From: a virus
Lineage: Duplodnaviria > Caudoviricetes
Length of the DNA stretch: 41,066 nucleotides
Reading direction: 5' to 3' (one strand)
Virus record (IMG/VR): IMGVR_UViG_3300014201_000006
Span: 1 to 41,066 of that record
The stretch's first letter is position 1, and each line of letters starts with the position of its first letter. Of the stretch, positions 34,387 through 41,066 are shown one piece after another. The notes below the pieces were generated by a model. It made no database searches and was not told the DNA's origin. It saw only the letters and a list, made by a program, of their open reading frames with translations. A program made the position numbers and the translations under genes.

Positions 34387-35673
34387 ATGGTTCAAATATT
34401 AGAGAACAATCCTACATTTAGCCAACAACTTGGAAGAGCTTTAGGCGAGCAAACTGGCAAGTTCGCATCGAACTTCGCTGAGGATATGGCACTAAAGAAA
34501 AGAGGTGTCGATGTTGCTGGACTTACTGGATATGCGCGGGATGTTGCAATTAAGGAAGGCATCAAACGTGCGGCGTTGATAGAACAGGGCAGACGCACAC
34601 TTGGACCGCAAGGCGGCACAGCTCAAACTCAAGGTTCCAAGGCCATTCAACCCACACAGGCCGCACAACCTGCCGCTGGTGCAATGCCTACCTCAAGACA
34701 GCCATCTTCACAGCGTCCTCAAGGCGGAACATCTAAGATTATAATCCCTCCTGAACAGATCGAAGCAGAGGCCGCACGCAGAGGAACTGAAAAGCTTAAT
34801 AGAGGCGTACCAACAGATCTACAAAGCGAAATTGCGCTTATCCAACAAGAGAATGCCAATGTCTCCCAATATCAAGGATATCAAAAAACCATTGGCGATC
34901 AGGCTGAAGCAGAATTGGGGAAAGTCTATAAAAGAGCAACCCCCGAAGAATCGGCCTATTTCCGAAGAAAAGGCGAAGGACTTGCAACACAGGGACTATC
35001 TCAAGCTCAAATTGATAGAGAGCTGGCACGCGATGCGCGTAATTTCACTAATCAGCTTAAAAAACTAGATGAGACTCCCGGCGCTAGAGCTCGCCATAAA
35101 GTAGGACAAGCTTTTAAAGGAACAGGAAGAACAGACGAACAGCGTCGCAGAGAGATTCAAGCGGCTGCAAAACCTCTTTTAGATGAAGGTCTTTACGAAT
35201 CTGTTCGCAATCGCTTGCATAGCAATGGTTATGGACCAGAAGAAACCGAGTCTTTGATCTCAGATTTGAGTGAGCAAGCTAAAAAAAGCTTGAGCGATTT
35301 TAATGCACCTGCTGCACCGAAAGACAAAAACTTCAAATATAAATACAAAGAAGGTAAGAAAGAGGCTTTACAAGCCACACAAGATCCTACCTATAGAACA
35401 TATGCCAACAATCCACAGGGCCAGCAAGAATTTGCTCAAAATCTACAAAAGACCTTGCAGAGCGATCCTAACACTAATCTGCTTCTCTTGCGCAAGGCAT
35501 ACGAAGACAAGGGCGTAGATTGGAATACATTTAAGCAGGAATTCGATAGTCTTTTAGAGAGTGGACAAATCCAATTGAACGACGACCAAATGAATATGAG
35601 CGAATATCTGCAAGAGCCTCCTTTGGATAGATTGGACAAGCTTTTAGCCGACTTTAACTTCATAGGTAGATAA
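34387..35673 (+). CDS. internal virion/ejection protein
   Basis: Helical, Gln/Ala-rich; second of three coupled genes. Confidence 0.6.
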   Translation: MVQILENNPTFSQQLGRALGEQTGKFASNFAEDMALKKRGVDVAGLTGYARDVAIKEGIKRAALIEQGRRTLGPQGGTAQTQGSKAIQPTQAAQPAAGAMPTSRQPSSQRPQGGTSKIIIPPEQIEAEAARRGTEKLNRGVPTDLQSEIALIQQENANVSQYQGYQKTIGDQAEAELGKVYKRATPEESAYFRRKGEGLATQGLSQAQIDRELARDARNFTNQLKKLDETPGARARHKVGQAFKGTGRTDEQRRREIQAAAKPLLDEGLYESVRNRLHSNGYGPEETESLISDLSEQAKKSLSDFNAPAAPKDKNFKYKYKEGKKEALQATQDPTYRTYANNPQGQQEFAQNLQKTLQSDPNTNLLLLRKAYEDKGVDWNTFKQEFDSLLESGQIQLNDDQMNMSEYLQEPPLDRLDKLLADFNFIGR

Positions 35674-36908
35674 TGGCTATCGGCGCATTAGTTGGAAGCT
35701 GGACAGCAAAGACAATTGTAAAACAGATTGCTAAGAAGTTTCCCAAATTCGCTCCATATATTGACAAGGCTGAAAAAGCCGGATTCTTGGCTCCTTCGAT
35801 ATTGAAATCATTAATGGGTAAAGAAGCCCAATATCAAACAGAACAGGCCACTAGATCTGAAGATAGGAAGAAAACTAAGCGGAACTATGCTCTAGCGGCT
35901 TTAGGGCTAGTTGGAGGCGCAGGACTAGGCGCAGCCAAGCTCGCAGGCCGAGGGGCCGCAGCAGCCACACAAGCAGGTCAGCAGCCTATTCTTGGAACGA
36001 CTGGACCTACAGCGCCTAATGTTCCACCGGCCGGAGGTGGCGGGGGCGGTCCGTCCGGTGGAGGATCGCCACTTCCTGTCGCTCCAAATGTTCAAAGAAC
36101 TAACCTTCAAACTGGGGTGACAGAAAACTTACCGAAAGATGTCACAGGTCATCAAAACTATCCTGCTTTTAGAAACTTTGTCCAGAAACACGCTCAAGCT
36201 GGCCATAGCCCTGAAGAAATCGAATCAATAGCTAAACAGTCTAATGCCTTCTCCAATGTGGTTCAAGATATTGAAAAAAATACAGGCAAGCCCTTAGTTG
36301 AGGGTATTAGAATGATTACGGGTGGTTCTAAACCAGCAGCGACTCAAGGAGTCCCAACACAGGCGACTTCTCAACCAAAAGTTGTAGAAAAGGGAATAAT
36401 CGTTAATACTCCGATGGGTCCGGGCGAAGTTCATAAAACACATGGCGACAATGCCTATGTTGAAATTAACGGAAAGCTCAAAAAAGTTCCGTTGTCTGAA
36501 GCAGAACCTCCATCTCAAGATATGGTAAATGTTGTAAACGACCTTCTTAAAATACCTGAAGTTGACCGTTCTTCTAATGTAGCTGCTTTCGGATATAATC
36601 CAGAAAGACAATTGCTTATTATGCAATTCCATGATGGGAAATTTTACACATATCACAATGTTACACCTGATATTATCGAAAGTCTAAAAAACAAAGATGC
36701 TACTCCAGTAACGTCTGGAGAGAATCAATTCGGCGCATGGAACCCAGACGATCCACATGGATCTCTTGGGGCTGCTTTGGATCAGTTTATTAAAAAAGAT
36801 CCTAGATGGAAAAAAGCAGGTAAGGGACAGCCTCCAAATCCTAATTACTTTAATTATGAAACTGGTTATGATTACTGGCATCAATTAAGACGAAAGAGAA
36901 AGAAATGA
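35673..36908 (+). CDS. putative ejection protein with KOW/SH3-like and KTSC domains
   Basis: 'SSNVAAFGYNPERQLLIMQFHDGKFYTYHNVTPDIIESL' KTSC signature. Confidence 0.7.
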   Translation: MAIGALVGSWTAKTIVKQIAKKFPKFAPYIDKAEKAGFLAPSILKSLMGKEAQYQTEQATRSEDRKKTKRNYALAALGLVGGAGLGAAKLAGRGAAAATQAGQQPILGTTGPTAPNVPPAGGGGGGPSGGGSPLPVAPNVQRTNLQTGVTENLPKDVTGHQNYPAFRNFVQKHAQAGHSPEEIESIAKQSNAFSNVVQDIEKNTGKPLVEGIRMITGGSKPAATQGVPTQATSQPKVVEKGIIVNTPMGPGEVHKTHGDNAYVEINGKLKKVPLSEAEPPSQDMVNVVNDLLKIPEVDRSSNVAAFGYNPERQLLIMQFHDGKFYTYHNVTPDIIESLKNKDATPVTSGENQFGAWNPDDPHGSLGAALDQFIKKDPRWKKAGKGQPPNPNYFNYETGYDYWHQLRRKRKK

Positions 36909-37015
36909 AACATTCTGATGAAATAGAAGTACAGCTTGCAAAAGATGTCCAATATCTAATGGCTTCAATAAAAGCAGCTAAGAAAAAGAAGAAGAAAAAA
37001 GGGAAGAAGAAATAA
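36905..37015 (+). CDS. poly-Lys microprotein (36 aa)
   Basis: ATGA/TAATG coupling; ends AAKKKKKKKGKKK. Confidence 0.5.
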   Translation: MKHSDEIEVQLAKDVQYLMASIKAAKKKKKKKGKKK

Positions 37016-37188
37016 TGGCACGACATAAATATCATGAAAAAAGATTAGAGAAGAATGCGCATGGCGTATTAATGCGCGAGCCAAGATCAAGCACAAAGCC
37101 TATTTCAAGACCTACGCATACGCCAAAGGGTGAGAGAAAGGCGAGAAAGACGTATATATTGGCACAGAAAGCCAAGATCGGCAAGTAA
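37015..37188 (+). CDS. Arg/Lys-rich microprotein (57 aa)
   Basis: TAATG coupling. Confidence 0.5.
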   Translation: MARHKYHEKRLEKNAHGVLMREPRSSTKPISRPTHTPKGERKARKTYILAQKAKIGK

Positions 37189-37422
37189 TCAATTGCCTAT
37201 CGATCTCTGATATTCTGCTTCGATCTCTTCATAAGTTGTCGTCGGTTGCGATTCGATCATCTTCTGCGCCTCCATCTGGGCAATATAGTTTCTCAGCATC
37301 ATGTTCTCATTCTGAAGGTGTGCAGCAATAGTTTGTTCATTTTTAAGAGCTATATTGGCATCAATTAAATTAGATGCTTTCATGCCGAGCCAAAGTGCTC
37401 CAAGTTCTAGTAATGTGCTCAT
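37189..37422 (-). CDS. hypothetical protein
   Basis: GAGGAG RBS before MSTLLELG. Confidence 0.55.
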   Translation of the reverse strand: MSTLLELGALWLGMKASNLIDANIALKNEQTIAAHLQNENMMLRNYIAQMEAQKMIESQPTTTYEEIEAEYQRSIGN

Positions 37423-37423
37423 G

Positions 37424-37729
37424 TTATTTCTCCTCTTTGTTTTCATTAACTTTCACTGTTTTATAATTATCATTCATATATTGCTTAGGAATCATTTTTA
37501 TCTTTATAATATTGTGTATGTTTACACATGTTCCAATAAAAAGCAAAGGAACTACTATACACGATACAAACCAAACAACTTGATGAAAAGCTGGCCTATC
37601 ATAAGATCTTTCATATTGAATATTTAAAAGCTTGACCGACCAAAACACTAGACCGCCTATCAAAATAATGCTGCCTATTACACTGAGATAAGCGATCAGG
37701 TTGTCAAACTTAAGAATATCTTCATCCAT
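37424..37729 (-). CDS. two-TM membrane protein
   Basis: Two hydrophobic helices. Confidence 0.6.
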   Translation of the reverse strand: MDEDILKFDNLIAYLSVIGSIILIGGLVFWSVKLLNIQYERSYDRPAFHQVVWFVSCIVVPLLFIGTCVNIHNIIKIKMIPKQYMNDNYKTVKVNENKEEK

Positions 37730-37940
37730 TTTGAGTTTTCTCCTCTGTAGTTTGTATTTTAGCCAATTCTTTTGGCAAATGGCCTTGCGCCATTAAAACA
37801 GCCTTTACTACAGCAAGGTCTTTTTCGATGGCAGCAAAACGATTGCTTACATCGCTGAATTTATGATTCATCCATAAAATTGAAGTAACAATACCTCCGA
37901 TAACAATAACTGTGTCTACATGTTTTTTAACAAAGTTCAT
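37722..37940 (-). CDS. single-TM + coiled-coil small protein
   Basis: 'KKHVDTVIVIGGIVTSILWMN...IEKDLAVVKAVL'. Confidence 0.65.
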   Translation of the reverse strand: MNFVKKHVDTVIVIGGIVTSILWMNHKFSDVSNRFAAIEKDLAVVKAVLMAQGHLPKELAKIQTTEEKTQNG

Positions 37941-38141
37941 TTTTTACCTTTTTGTCTTGTTTATCGGCTATATCATAGAGTTTTTCTAGAGCTTCTTCAA
38001 GGTCTGTAAATTCTTCAAGTTCTATTTCTTCGTCCATAATATATCCGTTTCCGTCTATTATAACTGAAAGCAGAATTAAAGCAAGAAAAAAGAGGGGCTA
38101 AAGTGAAAGAAAATTAGACTAACCAACACCCGCCCCAAGCT

Positions 38142-38822
38142 CTAAAGACGTAATCTTCCCTTTAATTCCTGCATCTTTTCGTAAGCATTTTTTTGACCAG
38201 ACGCACTAAAATCCCCAGCAGCGGCATAAGGCGCAGCCCCTACCCCTGAAGGCTGGTAGTAAGGACTTCTTTTATTAGCGTCAATTTTTTCCTGTATAGA
38301 AGCTTGCTTCTGCTCGGGCTTATCAACGCCAAGGGCCTTTATGTTCTCATAGACGAGCTTATTCCTTTCAAAGCCCTCTGGCATCCTTAAGATGTTTTCA
38401 GCAAGCCTTGGGTGCTTCTGCGCAAACCGCTCAATCGTATCAGCACTCATCACAGTCTCAAAATCAGCATTCTCTCTAAGATAGCTATGCTTTCTCTCAA
38501 TCTCAATCATAGCAGCGGCCTTAGCCTCTGCTTTCTGATCAATCGTTTGCTCTATTTTGCTTTGAAACTTGTGCAGTTCTTTATTAAGTTTTCGACGATC
38601 GACATAAGGCTCATCGTCTTCCTTATCGTCTTCATCATCGGGATCGGCTCGCCGCGCTCGTTCTTGAGCAGCTCTTTCAGCTGCAATAGCTCTCTCTTCG
38701 GCTTGCTGTCTTGCGAGGCGTTCTTGTTCAAGTTGTCGTTCGTACATCTTACGTTGCTTTGAAAGATTGCTTTCAATGGTATCATTCTTAGCTTCCTGTG
38801 TTTGTGTTTGATCTTCTGACAT
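38142..38822 (-). CDS. capsid scaffolding protein (probable)
   Basis: Highly charged coiled coil with an acidic patch; same strand as and downstream of portal; AAGGA RBS before ATG 38822. Confidence 0.7.
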   Translation of the reverse strand: MSEDQTQTQEAKNDTIESNLSKQRKMYERQLEQERLARQQAEERAIAAERAAQERARRADPDDEDDKEDDEPYVDRRKLNKELHKFQSKIEQTIDQKAEAKAAAMIEIERKHSYLRENADFETVMSADTIERFAQKHPRLAENILRMPEGFERNKLVYENIKALGVDKPEQKQASIQEKIDANKRSPYYQPSGVGAAPYAAAGDFSASGQKNAYEKMQELKGRLRL

Positions 38823-38900
38823 GGTTATCCTTTTTGCTCTTGACGCTGAGCCGCGGTTGGATATATTGTCATGTAACATAATAAAATATTGAGGGCAAGT

Positions 38901-39167
38901 ATGGATCTGGAAGAGTTTTTAAAGCAGATTGCCGAACTTAACGTTCGAGTGAAAGATTTTCAGAATCTTGATCGAATGATCTGTGCTGAAATAGGCATCT
39001 GGAGAAGACGTTATTTAGACTCATTGCCAAAAGATTCAATAGAAGAAAAAGATATTTTTGTTAGAACAGTTTTTGGTGCGGCTCCTGTAGCCGAAATTGT
39101 TAAAAAGTCGCCAGAGAAACTTATAGAAGAAATTCGTAAGGGCTATGATGAGCATCATCAAGATTGA
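38901..39167 (+). CDS. hypothetical protein
   Basis: GAGGG RBS. Confidence 0.5.
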   Translation: MDLEEFLKQIAELNVRVKDFQNLDRMICAEIGIWRRRYLDSLPKDSIEEKDIFVRTVFGAAPVAEIVKKSPEKLIEEIRKGYDEHHQD

Positions 39168-39197
39168 GGATGCCTACCGTGAAGAAAGTGAATTCGA

Positions 39198-39416
39198 ATG
39201 AATGCAAAAAGGAGTGTAAAAATGACTAGTTTAGAAGAAGTAAAAAAACAGATTGAATGTGGTTTGGTTCCTATTGAGTATGGAAAGATCACAAAATATA
39301 TAAAAATGTCTCCGGAGCTTCAAAAGTCAATGATGGAAAGAATGACCGAATATGAAAAAGCTTCAAACGATATTTTAAAAGCAATTCTGGGGTCTGATGG
39401 ACATTCAAGAGCTTGA
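39198..39416 (+). CDS. hypothetical protein
   Basis: AAGGAG RBS before the internal ATG. Confidence 0.5.
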   Translation: MNAKRSVKMTSLEEVKKQIECGLVPIEYGKITKYIKMSPELQKSMMERMTEYEKASNDILKAILGSDGHSRA

Positions 39417-39529
39417 GAAATTTTGTAACTATGCGAAGGTGGCAAATCCTCCATTCAATCCTTCTGAGGCTATTCTATGCTTAATAGATAAAATTCATTG
39501 GCTAGAGAGAAGAATTTCTTCTATGGAGC

Positions 39530-39763
39530 TTGAAAAAGAACCTTATGAAGACTAAGAGAAAATTGAATTGCGTCGATTGTAAAAAGGAAATCGATTACTT
39601 AGATGCTGCGCCTCACTGGGATTTAGAAAATCCGGATGCTCCAAAGGTTTACTCCTGTAAAGAATGTTTAGAGAAAGTTCCTATAGCAACTGAGAATCAG
39701 TTAATGAAGATGTTTTTGAGCGGATTTAAGAAAAGGATGGCGGATGAAAGTAACCAGAAGTGA
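39530..39763 (+). CDS. small Zn-finger-like protein
   Basis: CVDC...CKEC. Confidence 0.5.
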   Translation: MKKNLMKTKRKLNCVDCKKEIDYLDAAPHWDLENPDAPKVYSCKECLEKVPIATENQLMKMFLSGFKKRMADESNQK

Positions 39764-40259
39764 CGCTCACGACCGTTATTCCTACTACAAGAATCAAGAT
39801 TTTGACATTGGCATCTGCTGCCAGAATCTTATCGACCAGCGTCCATTTGGAGATCATGCGTTCTATATCTTCGCTCACGCACGCACATTGGGACTTGATG
39901 AAAAGATCAAGCTCTATTCTTCTGGAAAATACGAAACGCTCGACAAAGTTCCTGAGAAAACTCTAATATGGCAGCCTAGACTTACAAAGCCCAAGGCTCA
40001 GACTAACTCGATGCTATTCAAGGCTTATCCCGGAACAGACAACATCAAGATCATTTGGATCATTCCTCCTAGAGAGATGTGGGATCAATACAAGAAAGGC
40101 AATATGACGGAGAATGAGACGATCTGCATTAGCATCCATGACTTTGAGCATAATAGGGATCAATTGGAAGCTAAAGAGCCAGATGACCTATCCGATGGGG
40201 CAATAGACAAGATTTACGAAGAAATAAGCAGAGAAGCAAGGAAGGGTAAGAATGTTTGA
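39744..40259 (+). CDS. hypothetical protein
   Basis: 171 aa, globular composition. Confidence 0.7.
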   Translation: MKVTRSDAHDRYSYYKNQDFDIGICCQNLIDQRPFGDHAFYIFAHARTLGLDEKIKLYSSGKYETLDKVPEKTLIWQPRLTKPKAQTNSMLFKAYPGTDNIKIIWIIPPREMWDQYKKGNMTENETICISIHDFEHNRDQLEAKEPDDLSDGAIDKIYEEISREARKGKNV

Positions 40260-40318
40260 AGAAACTGAGGAAATCTTAAAGAGGATTTTCAAGTTTATAG
40301 AGTTTCACTTGGGAAAAC

Positions 40319-40492
40319 CTATGCCAAGCTCTTAGGGGGCTTTTGGAGCTTCTTCGGAGCCACAGGATTCTCCCCCGGCGAATAAACCTGACGAATCTTG
40401 CCCATCTTAGCTGGGATAGCACGACCATAAAAGTCACCCATGCCGTGCTTAGTGTTAGCAGTATGGGCTTGTTTAACTCTCGATTTCTTCAT
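40319..40492 (-). CDS. small basic protein (57 aa) of the portal operon
   Basis: MKKSRVKQAHTANTKHGMGDFYG...KPPKSLA*. Confidence 0.6.
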   Translation of the reverse strand: MKKSRVKQAHTANTKHGMGDFYGRAIPAKMGKIRQVYSPGENPVAPKKLQKPPKSLA

Positions 40493-40624
40493 GGTCAACC
40501 TTTTTGATTTCTATTTTTTTTAGACAATGAGGGCATTGTTTAACCAATGGAAGATCTCCGTCAATAAATCTAAATACTTCATCACATTCTGGGCAAATGG
40601 TTGTGATGACCTTGAGTGCTGTCA

Positions 40625-40867
40625 TTATACTTCGTCAATTCTCATTGTATTGACGCGACCCATAGGCAGGCTTGGAGATGAAGTTTTAGGATTGCCTTCA
40701 TGGCCAACAGGTTGTTTATGGCCTACACCATGAATAGTACCAGCATTCATAAAACAGCTCGATCTTTCATCATAAACTGGAGCATTAAAGTTCCAGAAAT
40801 TTTTAATCGTTGAGTGCTTTTCTTCTTTGACTGGATCTTTAAAGCTAGTTTTCATGGTTTTTTTCAT
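40625..40867 (-). CDS. small protein of the portal operon
   Basis: TAGG RBS, 80 aa. Confidence 0.65.
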   Translation of the reverse strand: MKKTMKTSFKDPVKEEKHSTIKNFWNFNAPVYDERSSCFMNAGTIHGVGHKQPVGHEGNPKTSSPSLPMGRVNTMRIDEV

Positions 40868-40943
40868 AGTTATACCTACTTATGATGGGTTATACTCAAT
40901 TTCAGGCATAACCCAGTTAACTTAGTTTCTGTAGTTGTTCTTA

Positions 40944-41066
40944 ACAGGATGGCCTTTCGCTTTAGAAATACCATGCTCTTGCTGAGATTTAATAGCTTCG
41001 GTTGTGTCTTCGTAAGTTCCTACAGCTCCAGCACCTTCGGCTGAACTTTCAGCTTTATGCTTTACA
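40944..41066. repeat. second copy of the terminal 123-bp overlap
   Basis: Identical to 1-123. Confidence 0.97.

Noticed and set aside
278-40867. Alternative genetic code or stop-codon reassignment
   Set aside because: Core genes are intact in code 11 and end with TAA, TAG and TGA; no canonical suppressor tRNA

Overview
The window is a complete, circularly assembled (~40.9 kb; 123-bp end overlap) tailed dsDNA phage genome with podovirus-like architecture. Structural genes: P22-like portal, terminase large and small subunits, coiled-coil scaffold, N4-gp56-like major capsid, adaptor, nozzle and ejection proteins, and five modular Gly/Thr-rich tail fibre/spike genes. Non-structural genes: a lambdoid-type initiator with a DnaC-like loader, a RecT-like/PD-(D/E)XK recombination operon, three HNH-type genes, and tRNA-Asn and tRNA-Thr. 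I recognise no integrase, CI repressor, partition system or endolysin. Notable features: (i) a 28-bp XerC/XerD dif-like site, suggesting integrase-free integration or dimer resolution by host XerCD; (ii) an unnamed ~125-nt multi-stem RNA between the two tRNAs, and a separate tRNA-like cloverleaf; (iii) a recurring design in which a sigma70-type promoter overlaps the 5' arm of a hairpin that hides the downstream RBS or forms a terminator; (iv) a plasmid-like antisense/attenuator region before the initiator; (v) a symmetric bidirectional promoter as the early switch; (vi) a passenger-less inverse-autotransporter beta-barrel, a stand-alone sigma70 region-4 protein and a KTSC-bearing putative ejection protein. 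Several clues suggest an environmental Chlamydiota host, but that is inference and was not checked by any search. All protein-family calls are from motif recognition by eye.
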